Part shown: piece by piece, positions 1 through 15,000 of the stretch
How the letters are laid out: each line of letters opens with the position of its first letter
Numbering within the stretch: the first letter of the stretch is position 1
From: Tubiluchus corallicola
Taxonomy: Eukaryota > Animalia > Priapulida
Direction of reading: 5' to 3'
NCBI GenBank assembly: GCA_030141605.1
Contig: JAQGDQ010000054.1
Span: 62,001-126,000, forward strand
DNA: 64,000 bases
Translations under genes and position numbers: made by a program
Notes under the pieces: model-generated
Told to the model about the DNA's origin: nothing
Seen by the model: only the letters and a program-made list of their open reading frames with translations
The model's database searches: none

Positions 1-18
1 ATAAAACATGTTTTACAG

Positions 19-3000
19 CTGTCATGAATGGTGGTGGTGGTTGTAGCACCACTATGCCGGAAGACTCTGCAGCCATTTTTGGTGAGGTAGCCAGTTCTGC
101 TGAGATAAAGGTTGATTGTGTAACAAACAATGCGTACACAGCTACGAACACTTCTGTTGATATTAGCAGCAAAATAGTGTCAGTGACAATGAAGAATGAC
201 ACCGGGTCAACAATGGTTGTCAAAGACTTGCAGGGCAATGATTGTTTTAAAATTGCTGTACCTTTGAAGGGGTTAGAAGATCCTGAAGGAAAGCCAATGT
301 ATAATACCACGGTCGATTTTAATGGGTAACTCTTAAGAATTATGTAATGTTTGGATAAACTAAAAGTGTACTATACCGCATTTATGGTAACTGATTACTA
401 AAAATATTAGTGATGGTAATCTAGCATTTTGGTAGTTTCTTAAAGGTAGATCCTTAGAGGTAAATTCTTTTAGTGCTTTTATTCTAGCAGTGAGTTGAAT
501 TGATGTTTGTTTTTTTGATTTCTTGTTTGCTTTAATTAGTACTTATTATGTGAATTTGTATGAACAACATACTGAGTCATGAGTTGCACATTGTGGTGGT
601 ACTCATGTATGTGCATAACATAATTAGCATCAGTATTTGCAAATCACTAAACATGTGTGCAAATTAAGCGCACAGAGAAATCAATAAGAAAGCCACTGTG
701 GAATACCAAAAAAATGATAGCATGTGTGTGTATTTGTAATCTTTTTTTATATTATACATGTAGTTTAAAATATTAAAGTGCTCTGTCATAATAAATATAG
801 AACAAAGTGCTCTTGTGCGCTAAAGTGATAGATTCTATTTTAAAAGAAGGTTCTGCCGTGGTAGGCTTTAAACAAATGAAAAATTACCATAGTAAATACT
901 TGAGTAGTTTGTGTTAGCACATTTGATTACAAATACGAAATCAATACATTAAATCTTTTGTAATTTCTTTTTTGCACTTATTAGTTTTCAGTGCTTCGGC
1001 AACCAATCATTTTTTACATAAGGAAGGCTATGGCGGTTAAAATATTTATCAAAAGAACTACAAGCTTATCATACAACACACATCACTCATTCCTTACGTA
1101 GTGACACCAAGCTCCGAGTCATTGGGTTATATTTATTTTTGAGGCTGAAGAACACTTTTACATTGCTGCTAAGTTACCATTATTTTTTAGCCCATTTATC
1201 ATCCATCGGGTGGTCATACCACCCAAGAAGTCATTGATGATTAAGGTTACTGTCAATGAAAGAGCATACATGAACTGCTCTAATTCAACAGAAGAAGAGA
1301 ATATGGAGGATTGTCCAATGGATTCACGATATGAAGCTGTTGAGAACAAGACACTTGCAAACGAGAGCCTGTTTTTGGTATTATTTTGTTTTCACACCAC
1401 AAAACTATGCGCGTATTCATTTTTATGTGATGTGTAATATCAAGTGTGCCTAAAGTAAACAAATTTGATTGCTTAGTACAACAACATACTTGCTCTATTG
1501 AATATAGCAGAACCTCCTTAGAGTTAATAGTTCTAAACGCTGTGGTTTATGACTTTCTGCTGCAGTAAATGATATCACATAACCATTAAAATGTGTAGTT
1601 TATTATATATACTGTTGATACTTGTCAGTCCTGCTACAATAGGAATTGTAAATCTTTTTCTTGCGGTAATTTATACAAAGGAAAATTGATTCAATCAAAA
1701 AGTTATTTCAGTTACAGCAGATTTTGCTGATTTATTTGAGCTGTACAGTTGTATGTTGTCAATCAAATATAGTTAAATTTTCATAGTTAAGTCATATGTC
1801 TATTTCATGCTATGACAATGTTGTTTTTTTGACATTCTTGTTTGTTTGCATTTTCACATCATTTCTTCCTTTAGTCAGTTTCAACATGTTAAATGTGCTT
1901 TGATCAACAAGATTATATTTTTTGGTACCTGTGAAAATTATGCTGATATGACAGTAGTAACAGTAGGGTCTTCCGTAGGTAAAAAAATGTTGTAAAACAT
2001 GTAAAAAAGCAGACGCAAAATCAAACTATATGGTACAACACATTCATTAAAGCTGAAGGCTGCATATATAATTCAATTTGTCTGCATTGTTACATGAAGT
2101 TTTACTATATTTTTCACCAGCAGAGGGCCCTACAGGAATTACTTTGTTCCAGGTGGCAGTCAATCTTGATGAGACATTTATGAAAGGCAAGCATGAAGCT
2201 AGTTACACATTTTGTTCTCCGAGAAATGTCAGCGATGAGGCGGGCTATGATTTGGACAACAATCGTACCATTCTTCAAACTCGCGGTGACCCATCTGTTC
2301 ATATAATAACTGCTTATGAGCTAAATACGTATGCATTGCTTACATTTTCTAGCCTTTACTTATTCGAAGGGATTAGGGGAACCATATTTAGACTGCAGTG
2401 AAAAATGTTCTCTGGTATACAATATTGAAAGGGAAATGATTTTTTAAAATTTACACATTCATAAATTGTTATCTCACAAGTTTAACTTTGCATTGTTGTA
2501 CATTTGCAGTCATACTTAGATGGGCAGCAAGTGCTTTTCAGGAACACCTGACAAAAAACCAGACTGCATGTCAGCATAACACCTAGTGTGACTCTAGGAG
2601 AGCCTCTTTAAATCATTATCTTGACGAATAAACTTGAAATTTGAAATTTCAAACTTTAGCTTTGCCGAATTTTTATGTTTCATTGTCAATGTCGCACAGT
2701 TGCACTGCATTTTGCTTTTGCAAAAGCTCATGGAACACTTCAGAGACTTCTACGTAACCTTTGCACTTTGTGACTTTAATTAGTTTCTAATTTAATATCT
2801 AATCTTCAAAAGTACTTTGGCTAATTATGATAGGTGATAAAATGTGAGATATGGATCTTAGGTCAAATTGAGCCAAGGCCTGAAGAACTGTTTTTCTTTA
2901 AGTAATTCTTCATAAATGCTGATAGATAGTGTCGCACGTGACGCTTTTTATTATCAGTATACTACTTTGATATTAACTATGTATGTATGTGTGTGTATAT

Positions 3001-6000
3001 TTTAAAACTGATACATTTTAGTATCTGTTCAGTATAAATAAAGACTTAAAAATACTTTGTGTTTTTACAATTGTATAGAATTAAAACATTTTGACACTAA
3101 AGATGTTTTGTTGAACTTGGTGGTAATGTTGTTTTGAAACATTTTTAATAATAGGGCTTACGAATAATTGCACTTTTGCGATATTATTTAATACCTACAG
3201 TTTGAAGTGTCTTTATTTTTGTAGCACAGAGGAAGTAGTAGCATATGTTGGAGTGTGTTCTATACCTCTTGGTTGCACGTGTGATGACTTCGAAGGAACG
3301 AAAATAAGTATGACCTCATTATGTGCAATTATGTGAAGCTTGTTTTGACAAACATAGTGTTGGTAAATATAGTTTTCAAGTGATTCATAGGTGGCAGCCT
3401 AAACATTGTTGTTTTTCTTTTTTTAGGTGGATGTCCTTTTCAAGATTTCATTCCTGTTAATTATACATTAGAAATAGCTACGAGCTCTTGTGAGTATTAC
3501 GATGAAGAGGATGGAGAATGGAAAACTGAAGGTGTCCGGGTGAGTTTTTGCTGTTCATTTGTTATTTTGGTTTTTGAGATATGCACAAATGTTTCTGTGG
3601 ATTATTGATATGATTTAGGTTATGTACAAATATGCTATTACTCTTTGCCAAACTCAAAAAAACTTTTGAACATGAAACCGTACGTTCTGCTTTAGGTCCA
3701 CGCATTTGAAACAACCATGGAGACAGTAATATGCGTAGCTTGCCATTTGACAGCTTTTGCTAGTGGATTCACAATTCCAATGAACACTATAGACTTTTCA
3801 AACTCGGCCTGGGCTAATTTGGCAGAAAATCCGGTAGCTTTCGCATTTGGTATAAGCTGCATTGGTTTGTACTTTATATTGCTGATCTGGGCGAGAAAGA
3901 AAGATAAACTAGATACTTTAGTGGTAGGTAGAAAATTCTAGTGTGTTTTTTTATAAAAAAATGGCCTGCACTACCTGGCAGTACTGTTGCTGCAGTTTAA
4001 CAATAGCCTGTGAATAACACATTTATCACATTTAATAAGCTAAACCATTTTTTGTGCTATAATCCTGCTTTCTGCTTTACTATAATTATTAACTATGGCT
4101 ATATTATTAGGAATTTTTGATAATATGGTAAATCTAAAATCTAATTCTTTTGTAGTTTTTTCTGCTGACAATCAGCCTGATAAATGTACATATTGTTCAC
4201 TAATTATTTCCATCATTTCTTGTTTAACTAAGTTTTCAGCTTGCCTTAAACTGCTTATTGTTGTAAAAGCTTTTTTCTTACGTTGCAAAATTTGCCTTTG
4301 AAGCAGCAATACAGCTGTAGTTATTTCCAGTAATGCATTTAACCCTGTCTTCGTGACTCATTACTTTGCAGTGTTTCCTAGGCTTGTGTGAATTGCTGCA
4401 GCGTATTTATTGGCATAAATGTAATCAATTGATCAATGATGTAATTGACGTAATAAAAACTAATTGATCAATTAGTTTTTATGTTTATCATTGTCCAATT
4501 TATTTCCTCACTGATTTTAGTTCAGTACAGACTCCAAAAACAATGTGCCATTTTCGTAACATTCAAATTATTTCCAATTGCATTAAAAGTATGAAGTGTT
4601 CATTATAAACCAGTATGACAAAAAATGAAACAGGCAATAATTCAAGAATTTCTAATGGCAATGATATTCTGGATTTTTTGCAAATTTTGTTCTGAAAAAA
4701 TTCCTGGACAATATTTTTCTGCTTTGAACTAATAAGTATTATAGTAAAATTTAAAAGTAATATAAATGTACATTTTGCAATTTTTTTTCAAAGTTCTCAA
4801 ATTACACTATAGTTTTTAGAAAGTTTACAATGTTCACGACATTTTTACAATTCTTTCAAGGAGAATTTATTACTGTTTGTAGGCTGGAGCAATACCGCTA
4901 GCTGATAATGACCCACGAGATAAATACCTGTATGAAATGACTGTATACACGGGATCTCGAAGAAATTCAGGTAATGTGTAAAGGCTGTTAACTGCATCAT
5001 TGACTGTTTTACAGCAATAAATCTGTGATGCCTCCGTGACTTTGCAAATTGTATTTCACAAAGAATGGGTTTCAAATAACTAGCTTTTCACTGTTTGAAA
5101 ACATGTGCCCAATATAAGGAGAAATTCTACACTTCTGATTGGCTAAACTGCAATATACAGGACTTCTTAACATCTAACTGGTTAATTGTTATTTACATCG
5201 GTAAGTATGCCTGCAGTCAGGCATTATACAGTAATTCAGGCATGCATTGGTTAAAATGCAGATTTGTTTACTGTAATGAGCAGTTTAATGAGCATTTGCT
5301 GTATCAGCGTAGTCAATTTACTGTGGCTAAAATGTAACTTGACGCACTTTTTGCTTTTTGGGTATGCACTGTTCAATTGAAATATTGGACACAAACCCCA
5401 TAGATTAGCTCTTCGTGGTATACAGGTTTTATTCTGCGTTTGTGGTCCGTATACCGTGTCTATGTCCATGCACATTACTACATACGTGCTATAAAACTTC
5501 TGTACCACTTGGAGACAGCCTTTAAGTGACAGTACACATGAATGTGTGTTTGTTGCAAATTCTTCAATATTTTCAGTGTTATAAAGTGATTATACAGTCA
5601 CTTGATTTCTCTTTGCTGTGTATGTTTTAGGTTCAACAGCAAAAGTAACTTTGGTGTTGTCTGGTGACCGAGGTGAGACTGAGCCTCGTTTCCTTGATGA
5701 CCGCAAACGTAGGATTCTACGAAGAGGCGCAGTAGATGCATTTATCATGGCTGTTCCTGCTTCACTTGGTCGTCTTTCTCACCTGAGGTGTGTATTTACT
5801 GACAACTGCATTAGTAGAGATTGATTTCATAGGTTCAATATCATTTAACCTATAATTCTTTATATTTTGTTTATCTATCTGTCTGTTCATTCTACCATCT
5901 GTCTCTCTGCCTGCATGTTTGTGTTTTTCATCGCCTGCCTGCCTGCCTATCTCTTACTTATCTGCTTGCCATGTATCTGCCTCTTTGCTTGTTCTTCACA

Positions 6001-9000
6001 AAAAGAATTACACAAATTTTTACATAAGGAACATTCAAGCAAATATGACATGCCTATGTGTCCATATTTATATCAACAATTTAGTAACATTTGCTAGACA
6101 AGTTCTGTTACACTGAATAATGTCAGTTTTATCGACAACTTAATTGCGAATTTAAGTATTCACCAATCGTAACACTTCTAACAGGGTGGCTGACTTTGAT
6201 AACTTTTAGTTCTTTGCCGCTATTTCCCCAATTATTATAATATTATTCCTGAAATTTATTAATCAACATATAATTTTGTTATTTTTATTATATCATTGTT
6301 TTTTTCCTCATTTTTTTCTGTAAAAAGGTGATAAATAAAGTTAGTTACTTATCCAGTATTCCATTCAGAAATCTCCATCTTTTGTTTAAGTAAAAGGAAT
6401 TCTCATTTTTTAAGTTGTTTAAAAGCAGTTATCTGCAATTGCCTAGTATGTTTACGAACTAACAAGATGTCACTAACGTTATAATTGGTATTAATACTGC
6501 AGGCAAGAGATAGTGTTTTTTGTGATTTGAATTTTTATCGTTTTTATGCTTTCTGGAAATTTTAGGATTTGGCATGATAATTCTGGGAAAAGTCCTGGAT
6601 GGTATTTTAGCAGAATACAGATTGTTGATGTCCAGACTGGTGATAATTTCTTTTTTCTTGCTGACCGTTGGCTAGCTGTGGAGGAAGAAGATGGACAAGT
6701 GTGTATTTTTTTAATTTTTTAATTTGTAATTTGTAACTTGTAATTCTGTGCTAAAACATTTGCACTTTTTTCTTGATGCAAAATTTTGGATTAAAACCCT
6801 AAGATTTCAAGAACACACTGAGTACATTTAAAGGTACAGACATGCTTCCTACGAAGTAAACTTAGTATAATCGCAAAAGTGTCAGGAAGATTCAGCAGTA
6901 AAGTAAAATCACATTAAAGTCGGGATGATTTCACGCTCGGGTTGGGCTCATTTTGAATGAATAATAATGGCACGTTTGGCCAACTGAAAAAAGCAGCATG
7001 CTGTCAAAGGAATAGCAAGTTTTTAGAAAAAATTAGGCTTATGATACTCTTGAGTGAACATTAGGTAAGCTGTAAAAGTTTGAATTAGTATAAGCAAAGT
7101 CGCATTTTCGAAAAGCCAGTAGGGGTAAGTTGGCTAACTATATCTTTATATTCAAGTGAATAGTGGCATTCAAGGCATCTGGAAATTTTTTTACAGCAAT
7201 ATTATAAATTGACTTTTGGTTAAGTTTACATTTTTTTAAATATTGAACTGTGACAAGGTTTGTATATACTGCTAATTAACTGAAGAAGGAAGATGCTGAA
7301 AAATTATGAGTTAGTTAAGATTCAAACCTAACACTAACATGGGGCGACTAACACTAACTTTAAGTATTATAGAGAGCTTTTGCAAATTTTTGTGTTATTT
7401 TTTCCACTTGTAAAGATAGGAGTAAAATTAGCTCAACATACATGTTTTTTTTGAAAATGTCTTGTCCTTTAAAAAGACAAAAGTTCATTGTTTTCATGTA
7501 ATGACATGCATTAAATCAATCTTTCCAGATTGATGTAATAATTCCTGTTGCTGGACGGACAGAACTGACTGATTTCAATCATTTATTTTGGTCTCGCACA
7601 AAACGGAGTCTGGCTGATGACCACATCTGGTTTTCGGTTTTTTCCCGCCCCGCTCGGAGTCGGTTCACACGAGTGCAGCGGCTGACTTGTGTTCTGTCAT
7701 TGCTTTTCTGCACAATGGTTGCAAACATCATGTTCTGGAAAGCTGAGACAGAAAATGTTCCGGTAGTTGTAGTCACTCTTGGACCAGTAACTGTAACAGT
7801 GGAATCTCTTATAACAGTAAGCAAGTTTTCCTACTTTTTTCGCTTAGTTTCGTTTACCTCTTCTGAAATTAGACTCTTGACTTGATCATTGTTGACTATG
7901 GAAGGGTATTGCAAAAAATTCTGCTGTCATTTTGATTATGATATTACAAGAAAGTAAGAGAATCTCTTGAAAATTACGACACCAATGTTGCATACTCTTT
8001 TGTGTGAATACCAAAAATGTTTGGTCCTTTCTTTAGTGTTTTCCAGAGATATAGAAGTTTAAAAAGCAACAAGTCAGGGAATAAATGGGAGAAAAAATTT
8101 TGTATGTCACCATTATTATATTCTACAGCAAGTGCTCTATGTGTCCTTTAATTTCAATGAAACTAGTATAAGACCTTCATTTAGTTTAGTTTGGTTTTCG
8201 TTCTTTGTTCAAAATTATTCCAGTTTAATACGTTGTTTCAATTTGAATAGTTGGTACAATTTTTTTTCTTTAGTGAGTGTTTCATCCCAGCACTCATTAG
8301 TTCTGCCTTTCATTCCTCTGCTTCAAATGCTTTGTGAAGCGATTGTACACTTTCTCTTTAAGGAAATTCCGACACTGTAATACAGGGGTTTAAGCCTTAT
8401 TTTTTTCTTGACAGCAAATCATTATCAGCCTGTTTTATTTTCTGTGGTGAAGACCATGATGTAAACTGTTTGACTTCTTTATTGTTTTGCTGCCATATAT
8501 TGAGCGTTTATTTTGGAACACGACTGTGTTTCATTTGATGATTAACTGACATTGTTCCAGCATTTAATTTTTTAACATACAAAAGCTTTTCACCCATAGC
8601 TTAGAAACCTCTAAAGCTATAAACTTGTAAGTTTCCCATCCAAAAGCTAATATACTGTAATACTGCGCTGTTAAATAATTATTGTAGTCTAAATTTCGGT
8701 TTACTTTTTTTGCGCTGCTCGATATATTCAGCACAGAATCAGACTGAATTTTTTTATGTAGTTCAGCATTCTGCAAGCTGTGATTCAGGACTTAGTGACC
8801 TACTATAATTTATGCAGTTGCGTTTGTTGTCGGTTAAATAATTTATCAGCTTCCGAAGGTGACCTTTACAAAATTGTTATTAGTACTACTACCACCTTCT
8901 TTTTAACTTGGCTTATATTTATTGAAAATAATATAAATTGCCATTGAATCTTATCTGGAATTTTAGACACTGTCATTTTTCAGGGTCTACTTAGTAGCTT

Positions 9001-12000
9001 GATAATATTTCCTGTCAATGTGGGATTGGTTTTGCTCTTCAAGTTAGCAAGAGAACGCACACCGAAAATGTTGCGTGATGCAGCTAAAGCTCAAGAGAAA
9101 GCACGGAAGCAAAAGGAAAAGGTACTGCTGACATATTTGTAAAGATTGCTAACCACTAATTCTTTTGTTAAATAGTTTAATTTTTGGAAAGCAGTGTTGT
9201 AATACAATTATAGCAGCAGTTACAGTACTGTAGATCAAGTCAGATCAACAAAAGGCTGTTGATCCTAGTGACTTTGTCATTTTTGAATATTTTAAATGTT
9301 TAGCTTTGAGTTTTGACCACAGAGCTAAAGATTTATGTAACCGTTACCATTTAGGAAGAAAAGCAACGAAAGGAGGCGTGGGCTCAAAATGACTACACAC
9401 GAGAGTTACACGAGGAAGGTGAAAAACTAGGCCATTATGAGCTTGAAATGAATCAGCCCACTGTGGGAAAATTGGATGGAGTGACTGTTTATCACACCCA
9501 GCAGACAAGGCAAGTTATTCATTAGATCATCTTTCTATGCTATAAACTCTAAGAAAAAAGAAAGAAGATTTATGCATACATAAAATATGTGATGAAGCAA
9601 AAAGCATTTGACCTGTGCTGTAATTACTTTATTTGAATTTTCCCTATAATACAGTCTAGTTTGGCAGACATCGGTATCGTATCAATGACTGTGTTTGTCA
9701 AGACAAGGCAGACCAATTATGTAGTAAAACTGGAACCAGAGCTCATATTTGTGTGAACATGCAATTATCAACTTCACTTTGCAGATTCAAGAAAAAAGAA
9801 CCATTTTCTCTACCATGGTGGTTCATTATCATCGGATATGTCATATCATTTTTCACGGTGACTGTTGCGTTCTATTTCATAGTAGAGTTTGCTGGTGGAT
9901 TTGGCACGGAGAAAGCATTGGAGTGGCTTATGTCCATGTTCGTTTCTCTGTTTGGATCAATCTTATTAACACAACCGATAAAGGTGAAAACATTTTTAAC
10001 AGAAAGGTGTATTACTATTTTGTACGTTAAATATCAAGAGCAATATATGTTTAGACATTGTTATTTTCTTTGGCACTTATAAGTATTTTGAATATCAAAC
10101 TATAATACAGTGGTCATATGTTTTGCTGAAGAAAATTTGATAAAATTAAAGCTTTAAATATGGATTTTGATTATGTTATTTATATTTTGCATGTCTAGAA
10201 AAAGTTTTATTAAAAGTGCATCCACTTGTGATATTTTCTCATCAAAAGATGTCTCCATGTTATTAAGTACTGTGTACTTCGCTTAATAAATCCGCCTTGG
10301 TGCGAAGTTAAATGGATTTATTAAGTGGCTGGGTTTATAAACCTAAGAGATCTATTAGGTAGCACTTTCTATGTTATTACAGCACATCAGGTTTGTTTAT
10401 GAAGCCAATGCACTTAGCATTCAGTAAACTGCTTGCGCAAAATTGTTTGCTTTTAGGTCAAGGTAAGTGCAGGACAACCGAGTGTTCTTGTGTCACAATT
10501 TTATTGTCTTTGCAACATGCAAGGCGAATTTGTAAGGCAAAGTTAGGATTCAATAAACAGTGGATTTTACTAGATTAAAGCATTGTACAGTTATGTTCTA
10601 GCAATAGTGGCCACAGCGAGAGGTTGAATTTATTATCCTTGGATTTATTAAGCAAACTTTACTGTATTATGCAATACGTACTATTACAAACACTGTTTAC
10701 AGTGTTGGTGTCGTCACCTACAAAAATCTTGTTAAAATAGCTGAAGCTGGCTGCCCTTAATGTTCTTGCACAGTTTTTCGATTTGAGTTTTTAATTTTAT
10801 ATTGATTGATCATTGAGAACATATGTTGAAAAACTTATTAACAGATATACTAATTTTTTGTTTATTGTAAAAAAATCTATTCCTAGCATCGATATTTTAC
10901 TGCAGCAGCATTAACTCGTCAAGCCTAACTTTCTTATTGTTTAATAGGTATTGGTGTTAGCCATGCTATATGCACTTATTATTAAGAAACCAGACAAAGC
11001 TCAATATGAGAGAGATAATAGACTTGAGCACGACGAGGAATACATCTACGAAGTCTTCAAAGAAGAAGACATGAAAGATCCTGAAAAATTAAAAGAATTC
11101 AAGAAACGTAGAGCTCCTAAATTTTTGCCACCTGACCCTGAAAGCTTGGCTGACTACAGAGAGACGAGGTAGTTTTCTCAATTCCAATTTATCGGGTAAC
11201 AGCATCAGTTCAGTGATGCTTATAATCACTTATGTGACACATAACTCTGCCATTTTAAATTCCGTTTATAGAGGATAATCCATGAAATTTAGATAGATAT
11301 TAGATCCCAACAACTTACGTGTAGTATGCCTTGGTAGTGAGTGCTTGGTCCCGTATAGACTGCCATGTTGTGTAGAAAAATTGAGTTCTTATTGAGTTGA
11401 GTAGATAGAATATTTTGTTCTCTCTGTTGAAAATTGATTCATGTAATAGATATTTGTTCGAGATAGTTGTGCAACCATGCACATTGCGTTGTAACTGCTT
11501 CTTGACATAATTAACTTATTTCAGAGTATGTGTCTTTTCTTTTCTGCCCTAACTTTTAACTTACATTTTAATTATATAGTATTACTAATGTTAGCAGAAA
11601 ATATATGTAAAGTAGTAAAATATTTCATGTGTTTTGATTGTCTTAAAAGAATCAACAAACCTTCTGGAAATTAGGCTAATTTAAATGTTTGCGAAAAATG
11701 TTAGAAGGATTTGGTTCTTTGACTTAAGAACTGTTGCCTTCTGTCTGGAGTATAATGAGTTTTTGTAAAAAATCAGATAGCTAACCTTGTGACATTCTGC
11801 ATAAATGTTAGGTAAGCTGCAGCATTAGTTTGCGCAACGCATGCTTATGGAAAGCCATGAAGTTTCCTAGTTACATCATAATTTTCAAGTTAATATTCAA
11901 GTGAAAATTTCTATACAGCGGTAGTATAAATTAACCTTATGCTTTATAAACAGGGTTTTCCAAATTTCTTTGTTATGTTTTTTTAATTTTAAGTGATAAT

Positions 12001-15000
12001 TGTAAAATAAACGCAACATGCTAAGTGACTTGGGCTTTTCTTCAAAAACTATCGTCAGCCAATTATGGTCTAATAAAGCATTTAAAAACAAAACGATTAG
12101 ATACATGCTGCTTGTATTTTTTAGACTATATTTAGCTGAGGATAGTTAATAAGTCAGCCCAACATGCACATAAATTGCTTGTATTCCTTTCTCGATCACA
12201 TTTAATTAGGTTCCCAGTTGATAAAATCTTGAAAATAGAATTAATTTTTATCATTTTTAAAGTGTATTTAATATCGTACTGGTAATTGTTTTCTGCATCT
12301 ATACACACCAATGCTCTTGAATTATGTTAATAACACATTGTATTATACCGAACAGTTGTATGATCTTTATCTAAACTTTTCTATTACTTCAGGTTGAAGG
12401 AGGTGGAGATGCACGGTGTTATACGGGAAATCATTGTTTATATAATTTTCCTGTACTGCTTAATGATGGTAGCTTATGGTAACAGTGATCCATGGGCCTT
12501 CCAAATGAAGACGAACTTTATTAATCAGTTTGTTGTTGGTTCAGCAGCAAACGTTCCAGCTGGACAAGACTTTGCTCCTTATCATCTTAATACGGTGTGT
12601 GCTGCTTGAACTAATGTTTATTGTTGTTTTTTTTTTCAAAAAAAACGTGCATGCAGTTAATAGTAATGCCCCAGTATAGTTGCTTCTGACATTTTAAAAA
12701 TGAGAAGATTTAGATAAAGATTTAAACACTACACTGGCATGAGTCCAAAATGGGGATAACTTAGGTTCTAAATTTACTACATGATCTATTTTAAAAAAAG
12801 AGCACCTAAGTTTTTTTATTATTATATATATTATAAGAAGCACCCTCGAAGCTGTGTGTTTCAAAATTATGCATTCAAAGAATATTAGACAAGTATTCGA
12901 AAGATGTGTGAAATTATTGAATGAAATCTGTTAAGCGGTTGTTATGAAACCAAGTAATACACTTCTATGCAGTTATTATGAAGTAAAATAATGAAAATTT
13001 ACAGGCAAAGACATGCGAGTCTACATGAGTATAAGATATGTAGTTTTTAAAAATTTTATTCAGTTTTAGGCCACGAGCAGATCTAGATATATTATTTCTA
13101 AATGAAATCAAGCACAAGAAAAAATATGTAAAACTTCTGGCTAAACTCTGATTGTAGAAACACAAATTGATGACAAACAAAGGCATGGATGAGTGGATAA
13201 ATCTGTCAATTTTGAATTAAATCTATATGAACCAGATTTGAAAAAATGTATTATTAATACGGAATGCATTCACTGAGTAATATTGCGCATAATTTTAGTA
13301 TGTGCAGACTGTATAAGCATGACAGTATTTAATGTTATGTGAAAAGTAAGAAAATGATATTTATAATTTGTGCTCTCAAAACCGTTGGTAATTAAATTCT
13401 TAATATTTGGTATACCCTATAGTTTAAATTTACTTTTTATGTATAGTTTAAGTTTAAGTTAAGTTTAAATGTATAGAATGACAAGGGCCCTTCTTTATCA
13501 AAACATCTCAGGAGCTGCTCCTGTGGTTTTGCACTGAGTGTTTGCTGCTTAGCAGAGTTTACAAGACAAAAACCTCTTTCTTTTTTGAATTTATAGATAA
13601 ACACCAGAGAAAGGTTTTGGGCTTGGACTCATGAAGTTTTGCTGCCTACCATATTTCCATCAAAGTGGTACAATGGCGATCGTTGGAAGTTTGGAATAAA
13701 TGATGCAAACGGTTTCTTAGTCGGTCCAGTTCGATTCCGACAACTCCGTGTCCAACCAGGTGTGCGGCCACCTGGATTTGTTATTGATTTGTATTAGTGC
13801 ATGCTGTCTTAGTGTATTTTGGCTGAGACTGAATTTATTTTTTCAGTTTAATTGTTCAACAAGTTACCTCTGGTGATGTTGTGAGCTAGTTGTTTGTATT
13901 TGTGTCTCGGTCTGTAGTTACTCGTAATTTCAGCCTGTTGCATTCACTAGTTTAGAAATCATAATTTTGTATTCTGCACTTCCATACGAAGAATGTAATA
14001 CTCAATGACTATTGGCTATTATATACCATTATTATGGGTTAAGTAACAGAAGGCCATGTATTAAATGCATCTTTTTGTCAGTATTTTAACATGTCTAATA
14101 TTTATTTTTTCCCATGTACTTTAGGTTCGTGTACGATATCGAACAAGCTCATATCCATCATAGAACATTGCAGAGATGAGTACAACTGGGATGAAGAAGA
14201 CGAAGAAGATTATAAAGAACAATGGGTTCCAGTTAATAAGTCAGGTAAAAATATTTTTTCCAAGTACGAGAATTCTACCACTAGGCTACAAAACTCCTCA
14301 GTATCTACTTTATAAGACAAATATGTTTTGATTATTTAGATCCTAAAGATAAACCGGATCCTAACTGGACGTATAGAGGTGCTTTGGATCTGATGAATTC
14401 TCCTTATTGGGGAAGAATACATTGGTACTGGGGTGGAGGATATGTAGTTGACATGGAAAACTCTTATAGTAAGATGGAATCCAAGCTGCAAGAATTATTT
14501 GATAAATGGTGGATTGATCAGCGCACTCGAGCAGTATTTGTAGAACTTGTGCTGTATTACGCCAACAGGAATCTGTTTGCTGTTGCAGAACTTTTGTTTG
14601 AATTTCCTGCTACTGGGGGTAACGTAGTTTTTTAACTTTTTGCCCAAATTTGACTTTCTGTTGAATATTGCCCTCCCCTTAGAATTAAATTACATTGGCA
14701 ACGTATGAATACTGATGTTTATTTGTAGGTTGCATTTCGTAATTGTTGACTAGCACTTGTTGATACCCTTGGCCATTTATTACTGATTAGCACTTACTGG
14801 TCATTTGAAGACATTATTATGCAATGTCACTATTGATTATTTTAAATCACGCTTTTTGTTAGTTTTGCCCACCTAATTTTACCGTTAATCAACACACTTT
14901 GCATATATATTCCATTTCTACATGCTGACGTTTTCACTTATGCCTTATTTTTCTAACATTTTGTTCATGTTTGTAATGTAATTTAATATTTAGAATATCA

